Origin: Pelagomonas calceolata
Taxonomy: Eukaryota
Length of the DNA stretch: 64,000 nt
Direction of reading: 5' to 3'
Assembly (NCBI GenBank): GCA_918797485.1
Contig: CAKKNE010000004.1
Location: forward strand, 620,001-684,000
The translations under genes were made by a program, and so were the position numbers. Of the stretch, positions 9,959 to 20,622 are shown piece after piece. The notes under the pieces are model-generated. The model was not told where the DNA came from. It saw only the letters and a list, made by a program, of their open reading frames with translations, and did no database searches. How positions within the stretch are numbered: the stretch's first letter is position 1; each line of letters opens with the position of its first letter.

Positions 9959-10741
9959 ATGTCGCGCACCATCGCTGCGATGCTCGTGCTATCCGGTTGC
10001 ACTGCGCTCAGCCCGACGCTGTCGACGCGGACGCCGTCGACGCGACCGGCCCTCTACTTCCCCGGCGGCGGGCTCTACTACTGGTGGCAAGCGGGCGTCG
10101 TCGAGCGGCTCCAGCGGAGCGACCACGCCGGCCCCGTCTGCGGCGCGAGTGCCGGCGCATTGGCAGCCACGCTCTACAAGTGCGACGTAGATATGGACAG
10201 GGCCCGGGATCTCGCGCTGGAATTGTCGACACCGCTTCTCGATCGGGGCGCCCTTGGATTGATCGGGCGCTGGGGGCCTGTCGTACGAACTTGGTTGGAA
10301 GAACTTTTACCAATGGACGCGTCAGAGCGGTGTTCGGATCTGACGCTGTTGTATTTGAGACGGAACCGCGTGTACTACCGCAGGAAGGTTGCCGAGGAAT
10401 TTATATCGCGCGCGGACGTCATCGACGCGTGCCTCGCGTCGTGCCACGTGCCGTTCGTGCTCGACGGGCGGCCCGAGACGCGATACCTTGGGAGGGGCGC
10501 CATCGACGGCTCGCTGTTTCTACCGAAGCGCGAGCGGCGCGCCGTCGTCAAGGCGCTCGGGTCGGACTACGTGCGCGTCGACTGGAAGGCGGACTTGGGG
10601 AGGCGTGGCCCGGCGCCAGACGGGTTCGTGCTTCCGAAGCGGTCGGAGCTGCGGCCTTGGATCGACCGCGTGGGGCGGCGCGGGTATGCGTGGGCCGAGG
10701 CCGCGCTCGGGCCGGGCGGCGTGCTTGATCGTTCTGTGTAA
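9959..10741 (+). CDS. Patatin-like phospholipase with N-terminal targeting peptide
   Basis: PGGGLYYWWQAG, GASAG nucleophile motif, SCHVPF, IDG. Confidence 0.85.
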   Translation: MSRTIAAMLVLSGCTALSPTLSTRTPSTRPALYFPGGGLYYWWQAGVVERLQRSDHAGPVCGASAGALAATLYKCDVDMDRARDLALELSTPLLDRGALGLIGRWGPVVRTWLEELLPMDASERCSDLTLLYLRRNRVYYRRKVAEEFISRADVIDACLASCHVPFVLDGRPETRYLGRGAIDGSLFLPKRERRAVVKALGSDYVRVDWKADLGRRGPAPDGFVLPKRSELRPWIDRVGRRGYAWAEAALGPGGVLDRSV

Positions 10742-11158
10742 CTGTGTTTTGTCGCGTTTTTTTGAAATACATCCGCGTGGGAGAGAGAGAGAGAGAGTAA
10801 GGAGGGCCCCCCAGGAAGAAACCCGCACGAAGCTAAATAAGTTTCAGTGGTAGCTGCTTTAGCCGCCTTTTGACGACTCTTGGACACAAGTAGCCGTTGT
10901 AAACGACGCCGGCGCCTCGTGTCGTGTCACCTGTGGGCCGCATAAGCATCGATACGGCGAGATAAGGGCCACAAAAAAGCAATCTCCAGCCTGACCTAAA
11001 AAAAGAGATCTCCGCCGAGCGCGAGGGAGCTACGGTCAGAAGCAACGCAACCGTGCCCGCGCGACGCGAACCGCCACGCCAGCCGCCGCCGCCGCGCCGA
11101 AACCCTTACGCGAGCCGCCCCGCGAGCCGCCGCCGCCGCCGAGCAAGCCAACAACGCA

Positions 11159-11899
11159 ATGGAGTGGGAACGCATCGCCGAAGACGACGAGACCAAGGGC
11201 GACGAGTGGGAGGAGGATTCGTATGGGAACCCGTTCCGGTTGCCGCCCGCCGACGTCATTCGGAGTACGTACCAGACGAAACACATTGATTATGGGAGCG
11301 CGCACCCCTCCGTCGAGGGGAAGAAGCGGTCGTTGTGCCTGGCCCCGCCCTTTCCTTTGCTATGGTTACTGCTGGGCTCCATTGCGTTGGTGCGCTTCGG
11401 CGCGCCGACGGCCGCGAAACCGGTCATGCACGCTCCTGAACAAAAGAAGCACCACTCGTCGAGTGAACCGGCCGCACCGCATGCGACCGTCACGCCGGCG
11501 CCCACATTTGCGCCGACGCCGGCGGCCCGGCGCCTCGACGCGAGCGACGACCCGCGAACCGACGACCAGTACGACGACCGCTACTACACGTACGAACCCA
11601 CCAAACGGGAACGGCACCAGGAGCGGAGGAGGCTTTACTTCTTCGGCTGGATCGCGCTCGGCCTCGCCGGCGCGGCGGTCCTCGTCGTCTGCCTCCTGAA
11701 CCTCGGCAAGCTGTTGAGAAGGGACCCCTCAAAACCGTCGAAGCCGGTCACCGAGGCCGAGCCGTTGATGAGGGGCGCGACGGAATACGAGGCCTGCGCC
11801 GCCGTGCCCGCGCGGCGCATGAACTCGGAAGAGATGCTCGCCGAGGAGGCGGCGTTCGTCCGCGAGGATAGGCAGTCGCCGACGCTGTTCACGCTCTGA
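11159..11899 (+). CDS. Hypothetical membrane protein (2 hydrophobic segments)
   Basis: ATG-started 246-aa ORF, coding-like codon use, two TM-like stretches. Confidence 0.6.
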   Translation: MEWERIAEDDETKGDEWEEDSYGNPFRLPPADVIRSTYQTKHIDYGSAHPSVEGKKRSLCLAPPFPLLWLLLGSIALVRFGAPTAAKPVMHAPEQKKHHSSSEPAAPHATVTPAPTFAPTPAARRLDASDDPRTDDQYDDRYYTYEPTKRERHQERRRLYFFGWIALGLAGAAVLVVCLLNLGKLLRRDPSKPSKPVTEAEPLMRGATEYEACAAVPARRMNSEEMLAEEAAFVREDRQSPTLFTL

Positions 11900-11934
11900 G
11901 TAACTACGGCCCTGTGTGATTCCTCGCGGCGGAT

Positions 11935-11958
11935 GCTAGCGGTCTGTAAGACACTAGC
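11935..11958 (+). promoter_or_regulatory. CTAG-bracketed intergenic motif copy
   Basis: GCTAGCGGTCTGTAAGACACTAGC. Confidence 0.7.
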
Positions 11959-12291
11959 AAACCCTGGGGCTTAGAAAAGGCTGCCACCACACGCGTGCGA
12001 GATCTCGCGCGAGCCAGACGTGAGCGTTTCAGGCCGCAGAGACCGCGCCGGCGACGACACCGGTGGCCCTCCCGCGTGTCTCGCTTGCGAGGCCACCAAA
12101 AAACCAGACGCCAAAAAAACTAAGACGCCCGGCGAGCGGTACAGCTCGTCGCGCGCGGCAGGACGAAGAACCCACTCCGTTTAAACCAGCGTCCGAACCG
12201 CGCTCGTCGCCGGCGTAACGCTCGCCCGCGCCGCGCGCCGCGCGCCGCCGCCGCGAAGTCGCCGCACGCGCGTCACGGGTATCGAACGCAG

Positions 12292-12607
12292 GTCGCGCTC
12301 CAGATCGAGCGCCAGGAGTTCATCCAGTCCAAGATTATTGATCGCGTGGCCGACGAGGACGATGATTTGGTGTTCGTCGAGCAGAAGAAGAAGCTCGTCG
12401 TCGACGTCGGACGCGGTGTGGAAATGGACCTTCAGCGTGCCGCCGTCGGCGCGACATCGCCGCGACGCTTTCGCACAGGTGCGCGACAAGGACGACTTAG
12501 ACCTCTACTACAAGACGATCCCCGACTACTTCGAGCAGGACGACGGCCGCAAGTTGACCGAGGTGCCCGACCGCACGTCGACGGACATGATCGAGGGGAC
12601 CTACTAG
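12292..12607 (+). pseudogene. Orphan two-exon 3' gene fragment, anoctamin/TMEM16 C-terminus-like
   Basis: Acceptor AG 12290-12291; VALQIERQEFIQSKIIDRVADEDD; GT-AG intron 12406-12478 joins in frame to VRDKDDLDLYY...GTY*; no upstream coding exons visible. Confidence 0.45.
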
Positions 12608-12636
12608 GACGCTCCCTCTCCCCCGCGTAAAACGCT

Positions 12637-14058
12637 CTATCTCTTACGCGCGACGAGCGGCGCCGGCGCCGACACCCTAGGCCGCAGCGCGAACGTCGCC
12701 ACGACCGGTCGATGGTCCGACGACCGCGTGTCCACCGAGTCGTAGGACGCCAGCGTGAGTTCGGGCGACTTTTTGCGAGAGGACCGCGGGATGTACAGGA
12801 CCCGGTCCGTCCACGACGGCACGCGCATCTTCTTCGACGAGTCGTAGGTCGATGAACGCTGGTCGAACTTGAACGTCGGCGCGAACCGTATTTCACCTTC
12901 AAAAAAGTCGGCGAAGGCCGAACCCTGGGCCTTCCTCCGGACTAGTTGGTCATAGTCGAGCAGAGACGCAAAGTCACCACTCAAAGCGCCCCTTTCAGCC
13001 TCGGCCCTCGGTAAGTCCAAGCGGTAGTTCAGGTCGCCGGCGAAGAGACAACAGTCCACACAATCCAACAGATCGTGCGAACCCCACTGCGAAGGCATCT
13101 GCGGGAGTAGCTCTCTACATATTCTGTGAAAATCCGCATCCCTATCGTTCGCTTTGTGCGCATGGGCGGCTAAGTGCGCACTGATCACTAACAGTTTGGC
13201 ACTGCCCGACGTCTTGTCATACCGCACTTTCAGATCCAAAAACGCGGCCGCGCAACCTTTATTTCTCAACACGTTCCCGATGCCGCAGGCCACGTCTCCG
13301 CACGTACAAGCTTCTACTTTGATAAGTTTCGACCGCTTCCTCTGGAGGATCGTCAGTCGGACGGGTCCTGCTGACTGGTCCGCAACCACAGTATGAGTTT
13401 TCGCGGGGAACTTCTCGGCGAGTAACGCCGTCCAGGCCTCGGCCCGGTGGCCCGGCTGCCTTCGAGGCTTCAGGTCCTCGAGCTCTTGCACACAAATGCA
13501 GACGAGGTCGTGCCGTCTCAATTTTTCTAAGAATTTCGCATCCTTCGAACTGGGGCTCGTCGCGGCCAGGTTCCAGGTGACGCAGGCGACGGTCGCGCAG
13601 GGCGGCGCCAGAGGTTGTTGGATTGTGGCGTTCGTCGTGTTGACTGTCACGTTGACTGGTGCTGAGGCGAAGATCGTTTTGATGCGGTTCGCCGCGGATC
13701 CATTATTCTTGTTCGAGACGAAGCCGTGCAGGCCCGTCAGGTTGGCGAGCTTCTTGCGCACGGGGCGCAGCGAGGGCCGCAGGGAGATGTTTGGCGCACT
13801 CAAGGCCGCGAAACGGTCCCGGAGGCCGTGGAGGCGGCCCGCGGTGGCGTTCGTCGCCGTCGCGTTGGCGTTCGTCGCCGTCGCGTTGGCGGCGTCGGGC
13901 GGCTGCGACGCATTGGTCGCTGCGACGACGGGTGCGGCCGCCGCCGCGGCGTCGCCGCTGGCAGCGTTTGAAGCTGCTGCAGGGCTCGGTGGTGCATCGC
14001 TCACGGCGAAACCGACGGGCAGCAGGAGTGCAAGGATAAGCAGCGTGTTTCGCTGCAT
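12637..14058 (-). CDS. Inositol polyphosphate 5-phosphatase with signal peptide
   Basis: TWNL, VQELE, NKG, FAGDLNYRL, PTFKFD, PSWTDRVLY, SDHRPV motifs. Confidence 0.9.
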   Translation of the reverse strand: MQRNTLLILALLLPVGFAVSDAPPSPAAASNAASGDAAAAAAPVVAATNASQPPDAANATATNANATATNATAGRLHGLRDRFAALSAPNISLRPSLRPVRKKLANLTGLHGFVSNKNNGSAANRIKTIFASAPVNVTVNTTNATIQQPLAPPCATVACVTWNLAATSPSSKDAKFLEKLRRHDLVCICVQELEDLKPRRQPGHRAEAWTALLAEKFPAKTHTVVADQSAGPVRLTILQRKRSKLIKVEACTCGDVACGIGNVLRNKGCAAAFLDLKVRYDKTSGSAKLLVISAHLAAHAHKANDRDADFHRICRELLPQMPSQWGSHDLLDCVDCCLFAGDLNYRLDLPRAEAERGALSGDFASLLDYDQLVRRKAQGSAFADFFEGEIRFAPTFKFDQRSSTYDSSKKMRVPSWTDRVLYIPRSSRKKSPELTLASYDSVDTRSSDHRPVVATFALRPRVSAPAPLVARKR

Positions 14059-14111
14059 CACGCAGCCTGCATTGATTGCTGTGCAGCCGTGTTGCAATGC
14101 TGCAGCTTGAG

Positions 14112-14135
14112 GCTAGTATGTGTCGATACGCTAGC
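14112..14135 (-). promoter_or_regulatory. CTAG-bracketed intergenic motif copy (variant)
   Basis: rc GCTAGCGTATCGACACATACTAGC between divergent genes. Confidence 0.55.
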
Positions 14136-14376
14136 TTCTCTATTTTTTTGCATGTAAAGCGGCTTCATAGGACGCCCAGCTTTGATACTCAGGCTCGCCG
14201 GAGCCGCATTGCTCGAAACGCAACAGCAACTGGCCAGCTGCGGGGTCGCCGCGACCGTACAGGCGCCCACAGGGTGCTGCCAGGAATCTCTGCAAAACCG
14301 CCCGCTGCCGTCGCCGCCCTGCAAACTGGCCCGCCCGCTCGTCGCCCTGATCCTCGGGGCCCACCGCGCCGCGGCC

Positions 14377-15066
14377 ATGGCCGCCTACGACAAGCCGACG
14401 CTCGTCTATTTCAACATCCTGGGGAGAGGCGAGCCGATCCGCATGACCTTTGCCGCGTGTGGTGTGGAGTACGACGAGCAGTCCGTGCCGTATGGGGACA
14501 TGAAGGGCCAGGCCGGTTCAAAGGACTGGCCCTTCGGCCAGGCGCCCGTACTCAGAACTCAAGGGACATCACTCACGCAGATGACCGCAATTATGAGATA
14601 CGTCGCGGCGAAGCACAAGCCCGAGTTGCTCGGCACTACTTTGGAAGATAGGGCGACCGTCGACGCCTTGCTCGAGGGCATTGATGATCTGTACCTGAAG
14701 TACATCGACTGTGTGTATTCGGACCAGCTCTCACCACCAGCTAGGGACGCGCTCTGGGCGAAGCACTTCAATCCCATGACGGCCGCCGAGCGGAACGGCG
14801 GCGGGCACCTGCGTTTTATCGACGGGTTTTTGGAAAGGTCCGGCGGGCCGTTCCTGCTCGGTGAGCGTTGTACAATAGCGGACCTGTTCCTGTACTTCGC
14901 CTTGGAGGCGTTCTCGCGCGACGTGTGCTTCGGAAATAGGCCGGCGCAGATCTATCCAAGATTGGGTGTGTTCCAGGAGGCCGTCGCTGACTTGGACGGC
15001 CTGAAGGAGCGGCTCGCGTCGTCGGCGCGCGCGAGTTTATCATTCAACGGGAACGGGGTCGGGTGA
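14377..15066 (+). CDS. Glutathione S-transferase (sigma/pi-like)
   Basis: LVYFNILGRGEPIR, PFGQAPVL, QMTAIMRYVA, TIADL. Confidence 0.92.
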   Translation: MAAYDKPTLVYFNILGRGEPIRMTFAACGVEYDEQSVPYGDMKGQAGSKDWPFGQAPVLRTQGTSLTQMTAIMRYVAAKHKPELLGTTLEDRATVDALLEGIDDLYLKYIDCVYSDQLSPPARDALWAKHFNPMTAAERNGGGHLRFIDGFLERSGGPFLLGERCTIADLFLYFALEAFSRDVCFGNRPAQIYPRLGVFQEAVADLDGLKERLASSARASLSFNGNGVG

Positions 15067-15247
15067 GGGTCGGCTAAGAGGGCATTTGTTCAAATAACTC
15101 CCTCGCCGGCTCCGACGACCCCATCGCGCCGCTCAAAAGCAGAGCCTCTGTGCCGCTGGCGCGACCCGCACAAATCACAAATCCTCTCGCGCCGCCGATC
15201 CTCCGCGAGCGCGTTGCTACTGACGACCGGTCCCAGGAACACACACA

Positions 15248-15874
15248 ATGGACGGCACGACGACCTGGACGGCAGCGCCCACACAGCCGGGGCTGCCCGC
15301 GAGACCACCCCACGCTGAGAGGACCGATCACCACCGCGACTGTTCGGGCGAATGCTGCCTATGCATCCCTCCCGACGTCGAGTCCGAGCAATGGCTCCTA
15401 GATTGGTTGCCCGTCGGCCGGTTCGACGCGCACGAACGTCCGTCCGCCGAGCTGCTGCAAACGGCGACGCCGCTGCGTGACGGTCTGCTCGCGAATGAGG
15501 TGACCGCCGACATCGAGGCGCCCCGCCTGGCGGACGCCCTCAGTCGCCTGGACGAGCGCCTCGATCGGATGGAGCACCGGGCTCGCGTGTATTTCACGTA
15601 CTTGTTTTTCTTCGCGGTCATGCTATGGTTTAATACGGAGCTAGACAACGGTAATAAGGACTACGGTTGGCTGACGGGGTGGTTGTGGCTGCTCCTCTAC
15701 TACATGGCCTGGAACCGAAACTCGAAGAGGTCCGTCAAGAACTCGTGGATGTGCTGGGGACGGCTCCTCTTGGGCTCCTATGTCATCGTGCCTATAGTTT
15801 GCCTCATCATAGGCTTCCTATTTTTTCTACGGTGGATTGCAGCAGAATCAGAAAAAGCTAAGAAGGGCGACTGA
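15248..15874 (+). CDS. Hypothetical membrane protein (3 TM-like segments)
   Basis: 208-aa ATG ORF with hydrophobic C-terminal half. Confidence 0.55.
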   Translation: MDGTTTWTAAPTQPGLPARPPHAERTDHHRDCSGECCLCIPPDVESEQWLLDWLPVGRFDAHERPSAELLQTATPLRDGLLANEVTADIEAPRLADALSRLDERLDRMEHRARVYFTYLFFFAVMLWFNTELDNGNKDYGWLTGWLWLLLYYMAWNRNSKRSVKNSWMCWGRLLLGSYVIVPIVCLIIGFLFFLRWIAAESEKAKKGD

Positions 15875-16169
15875 CCGTCGTCCCGCGTCCGAGTCCGCCT
15901 CGCCATTCGCCTACTTTTAGCCCCACGTTCGACGGGATTGTTACTTTCTAAGCACGCTATCCTGTCAGTTCGCTCCGCACCGCTCCTCGAAATACCCCGC
16001 ACGCATCCACTCTCGAGTCTCGATATCGCGATCCGCCACGCGCTGCGCATCCTACACATCGATCGACATCGAGGCTGCCTCAGCGTGCGCCCACTGTCAC
16101 GCAACCGAGAGCTCGTAGCTCGGGCAGCCGACCAACCATCAGTGACAGGCGCAAGGCCTCGGTCTGCCC

Positions 16170-17237
16170 ATGGAGCCCCTCAAGGGCGCCACCGTCGAGC
16201 CCATGAGCATAGGCACGCTGGACGAGCTGGACGGGGCGGCATCGGCGCGGCGCCGCCGGCGGTGCCGCGTCGCCGCGGGCGCCTGCGCGCTGCTCTTCAT
16301 GGCGACGCTGGCGCTGCGCGTCGCGGCAGCGAGGAAGCCGGAAGACACGCAAAACATAGACGGGCCCGCCAATTACATGCAGCCGGTCCAGACCGTCGGG
16401 CTCTTCAACCGCGCCACCGGCCGGTGGTTGCGCGTCACCGACCAAGGCGGTGCCGACAGCCCGTCGACGGGCGTGTGGAATCAGGGCTTGACGTGGGAAC
16501 GCTTCGAAATTCGTCCCTTCAATGGGTACGCCGGGCTCTACAACCCGGCGACTAACCGCTGGCTGGCCGTCACCTACCAGGGCGGCGCCAACGCACCGCT
16601 CGAGGGCCCAGTGTTTGATCACGCCGCGGTAGTGTGCCACTTCGTCTTGAGGTTCAATCAAGACGGCACCGTGGGCCTGCAGAACCCGGCGACCGGCCGC
16701 TGGTTGCGCGTCACCGACCAGGGCGGCGCGGACAGCCCCTCGATGGGGCCCTGGCAGAGCGAGTGGCAGTGGGAGCGCTTCGAGCTGCGGCAAGCGGCCA
16801 TTTACATGCAGCCGGTCCAGACCGTCGGGCTCTTCAACCGCGCCACCGGCCGGTGGTTGCGCGTCACCGACCAAGGCGGTGCCGACAGCCCGTCGACGGG
16901 CGTGTGGAATCAGGGCTGGACGTGGGAACGCTTCGAAATTCGTCCCTTCAACGGGTACGTCGGGCTCTACAACCCGACGGCCAACCGCTGGCTGGCCGTC
17001 ACCTACCAGGGCGGCGCCAACGCACCGCTCGAGGGCCCAGTGTTTGATCACGCCGCGGTAGTGTGCCACTTCGTCTTGAGGTTCAATCAAGACGGCACCG
17101 TGGGCCTGCAGAACCCGGCGACCGGCCGCTGGTTGCGCGTCACCGACCAGGGCGGCGCGGACAGCCCCTCGATGGGGCCTTGGCAGAGCAACGGTTTCCC
17201 GTGGCAGTGGGAGCGCTTCGAGCTGCGGCAAGTCTAG
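16170..17237 (+). CDS. Type II membrane protein with two tandem fascin/beta-trefoil-like domains
   Basis: N-terminal TM anchor; 143-aa unit duplicated, each unit with three GLxNxATxRWLxV sub-repeats, two of them ending in WERF. Confidence 0.7.
   Translation: MEPLKGATVEPMSIGTLDELDGAASARRRRRCRVAAGACALLFMATLALRVAAARKPEDTQNIDGPANYMQPVQTVGLFNRATGRWLRVTDQGGADSPSTGVWNQGLTWERFEIRPFNGYAGLYNPATNRWLAVTYQGGANAPLEGPVFDHAAVVCHFVLRFNQDGTVGLQNPATGRWLRVTDQGGADSPSMGPWQSEWQWERFELRQAAIYMQPVQTVGLFNRATGRWLRVTDQGGADSPSTGVWNQGWTWERFEIRPFNGYVGLYNPTANRWLAVTYQGGANAPLEGPVFDHAAVVCHFVLRFNQDGTVGLQNPATGRWLRVTDQGGADSPSMGPWQSNGFPWQWERFELRQV
16374..17232 (+). repeat. Near-identical 429-bp intragenic tandem duplication
   Basis: TACATGCAGCCGGTCCAGACC at 16374 and 16803. 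Confidence 0.95.
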
Positions 17238-17320
17238 AACGCCCCACGCCACCGCCGCGACGATTCTTGCCGCCGGTTCCTTCCCTACCCCTTTCCTTCT
17301 AAGCACACACTCTTACTAAC

Positions 17321-19907
17321 CTACGCCGCCGCCTCGAGCCCGTCCGCCGCGCCCGTAATGGCTCCAACCCGCTCGTCCCTCGCGGCCCATTCACAGGAAG
17401 CGGCGCCGACGCGCGCCGCCACGGACCGCAATAACAACGCCGTCGACGCGCGCTCCTTCGCCGTCGCCGCGTCCATTGATTGAGACAGTGCTAGTGCCGC
17501 GTTTGATAAACCTTCTAACAATTTCTCTTCTCGCTCCAGGCCCTCCGCGTTCAAGTACGCGCGCACGGCCTTGGCCCGGCGGACCCGACACGTTATGACA
17601 TCGTCGGCCCGCTCAGCCAGCGCGCTCCATAGAGTTGCGGACGCTCTATCGGCTCCGGCCGGCGCCTCCGTATCTAAGCGCAAACAGAGCTCATCTAGGA
17701 CTTCGCGAGCGCGTTGCGAGTTGAAGCTTTCATCGGACTCCTCATCGACCAACTCCATAACCCGCAGAATAACATCCAAAATAGCCCCGACCGGTCTCTT
17801 GGACACCATCGACAGATCCAGCAACCGATTAATCGCGACCATGGCCTCCTGCGTCCGCCGCAGCATGCAGCAGCACCTCGAGAGATTTTCCCACAGGCGC
17901 CAATCTTCCGGTCTTGTCGCTACGGCTCTGTCTAAGGCGTTCTTCGCCATGGCCGCCTGGCCGCTCCGCAGTCGACACGCCGCCAAGTTGGCCCATGCAT
18001 CTCCACAGTCCGGCTCGTGCTGGACACATCGAGAAAAAGCCCTCGCTGCTTTCCCTAGCTGCGCCTTTTCATCACTCACATCCGCGAGACGCATGCGACA
18101 GCACCCGAGGTCGAACCAGCTCTGCGACGCCTGCGGCCGTATCTTGACCGTTTCGTCGTACCACGCGCACGCTTCGCTCCACCTCCCCTTGTTCATGTGT
18201 CTTCTAGCTAAGCTTCGGGCGGCGCGCCAGTCGCGACATTCGCTCTTCGTCCAGGCCCGCTCATGGAGGGTAGCGTCGTCCCGCAAGTCGCCCAACGCGC
18301 ATAATAACCGGGGGTGGTCCGGTTTCTGCTCCAGTTCTCTGTTCAGTACTTCCAACGCATCTTCTCGCCTGCCAGCAGCCGCATACAATTCAATGACCAA
18401 ATCCCACTCGTGAATTTTTTTAAACCGTTCGGCTGCTGAGACGAAGGCGCCAAGTCTAGCCATGGCATGAGCCACCTCGCCGTCGAGCTCCCACCGCGAC
18501 GGGTAGTCTACCGTTGACGCGAAGGCGATCCTATCTTGGGGAGACGCGTCGCCCGGCTTTTGCGAGACGTGTTGATTTGCGAGGACCTCAAGTTGTAGAG
18601 CCGCCCGGTCCGCCGAGTAGACGCTGTGGGCCTCGATGCGACACCGCTGGAGTAACGCCGCCGAGTGGACGAGCCAGTCCACCGGGCTTGCGAGAGCGAA
18701 GGCCACATAAGGCCGCATCTGGTCGTTGGTCAAGCCGTCGTCGGGATTCGTATTTCGTACATCTAAGCACAAAGCCAGCGCAACGCAGGACGTGAGCGCG
18801 GCTCTCCGCGGATCCTGGACGTTCGCGCGGCGCTTCTGATCATCAAAAGCCACGTCCTCCAATAGTACGGAGTCTTCATTTAGTTCCGAGGACTCGGGCA
18901 CCGGTACTTTCGTCGTGGTCCCGTCTGATGACGTAGCCTCGGCGACTCGCAGCTGCGGCTTCGAATCGACTTGGAACTTCGTGCGCTTGCCCATTGAACC
19001 TTCCAGCGTTAGATTGAGTTGGGCTATATTTGCAGCCTCGCGGAACCGGACGCGGCCTGCGTGCGATGCGGACGTCAGATCTCGAACCGTCACAGCGACA
19101 GCGTCAACGCGTGAAGGACTCTGGTACCGAACCGCGCCCCGGCTCGTCCAAGAAGTGCTCCGCGAGGCCTATTTCCAGCTCCAGCAAGGCGCGCGTGTCG
19201 GCCGACGCCCCCGCGAGCCAGCGCCGCGCGGCCTCGGCGTGCTTGTTTACACTTTCGATGAACGTGCCACAAACTCTATGCGAGCCCGTCACCAGGCACC
19301 GCGCGTGCAGCGTCTTCGCTCGCACCAACCACCACGACGCCGCGCCGTCGTTGGCCGCCTCGAACAGAGCTAGAGCTAATGTGAGCGCGCCCGGCGCCGC
19401 GACGAAGGGCGACGGCGCGTCGCCGCCCACGTCCAATAATTTAGGAGCGTAGCCCGCGACCAGCTGCAGCGTCTCGTCTGATGGTAAGGGGCCCGAGTAG
19501 TTCGCCTGCTGATAGAGGCGCAGGCAGGCCGCGCCCGCGGCCGTCAGTTCCGCCCTCGCGCGTGCCTGGCCGCCGCGTCGTGTCATCAGCGCTTGGCATC
19601 GGTCAGCAATCGCCGACACCTTCAGAGGCGGCCTCTCTATTACAACTTTGAGTAAAGGGTCTCGGATGACGGCACCGTAGGCGCCTTCGCTGATCTTCGC
19701 GTACCAGCCGCTCGCTACGGAGAGCGCGGCGCCCGCTTCATGAGTGATGCGTCGGCCTTCGAGGCACGCCAGCTCCACCGCGCGGAAGGTTTCTAAATCC
19801 GCGGCCGACGGCTCTGCGACGTCCGCGGCGCTGTCGTCGTCGACGGCCACAGATAGGTCGCCTAATCCGACTCCGAAGAGTTCGTCGTCGGAGGAGGAGT
19901 CCTGCAT
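17321..19907 (-). CDS. TTC27: TTC27/Emw1-like TPR protein; 2 exons (intron 19057-19132)
   Basis: LYQQANYSGP, NLTLEGSMGKRTKFQ, DWLVHSAALLQRCRIE..DRAALQL, multiple TPRs; GT-AG intron joins the two ORFs in frame. Confidence 0.8.
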
Positions 19908-20098
19908 CGCTCCGGGGCCCTTTGTGCAGGTGCTACACTGCAGCACGCTTGCACAGGCGCTGGCAGCGAAGCAGCGGTGTCTCAAAGGTTTTGCACTTGC
20001 TGTGCAGGCTTCCCCGGCTTCTTAATTGATTGAACTATTGCTTCTCGCAAGCGCTTTGCGTTGCGGAGCTGCAAAAATCGCCTGCTTGCTTGCTTGTT

Positions 20099-20122
20099 GC
20101 TAGTGTCTTACTGCACGCTAGC
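20099..20122 (-). promoter_or_regulatory. CTAG-bracketed intergenic motif copy
   Basis: rc GCTAGCGTGCAGTAAGACACTAGC. Confidence 0.7.
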
Positions 20123-20125
20123 TAG

Positions 20126-20599
20126 TTGTCAAAAAAGCCGACGCTCGACGAGCGTTCGACGAGCGACGAGCCGACGGTGGTCACGAAAGCGGCTCTCGGA
20201 GCTTCGGAGTATACAACCCAACGACTCGCGGCCGCCGCCACGAGACCTCTGCTGTCCCCGGGCCGACCATTAAGTTTCAAAGTCGACGCGCCGACGCGCC
20301 CTCGGGCCGGCGGGAGGGCCCGTTCCGGCGTCGTCCGCGCGCCGCCGCGGGCCAGGGCCCGCGCTCAGGGCAAAGCCATTCCGCGCATCTCCTCGCACGG
20401 CCTCGGGGCCTTCATGACTGCGATGAACGTGACCCTACAAGGCTTCGCCGACGTCATCGACGAGACGCAGTTGTCGCTCGAGCTCTACTTTTATGCGAGG
20501 GAATTGAACCGGGCGGACCACATTCAAATGGGCCTTGCGCCGCCCGGCGTCGGCCTGCTGCCGCCGGGCGAAGCAGACGTGTTCGCGGGTCGCGCGTAG
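20126..20599 (+). CDS. Hypothetical ORF or gene fragment (start uncertain)
   Basis: Open frame with globular-looking C-terminus (LGAFMTAMNVTLQGFADVIDE) but no early ATG. Confidence 0.3.
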   Translation: MSKKPTLDERSTSDEPTVVTKAALGASEYTTQRLAAAATRPLLSPGRPLSFKVDAPTRPRAGGRARSGVVRAPPRARARAQGKAIPRISSHGLGAFMTAMNVTLQGFADVIDETQLSLELYFYARELNRADHIQMGLAPPGVGLLPPGEADVFAGRA

Positions 20600-20622
20600 G
20601 TCATATAACACTTAGTACATAT

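Noticed and set aside
10781..10797. (GA)n microsatellite
   Set aside because: Short and ordinary
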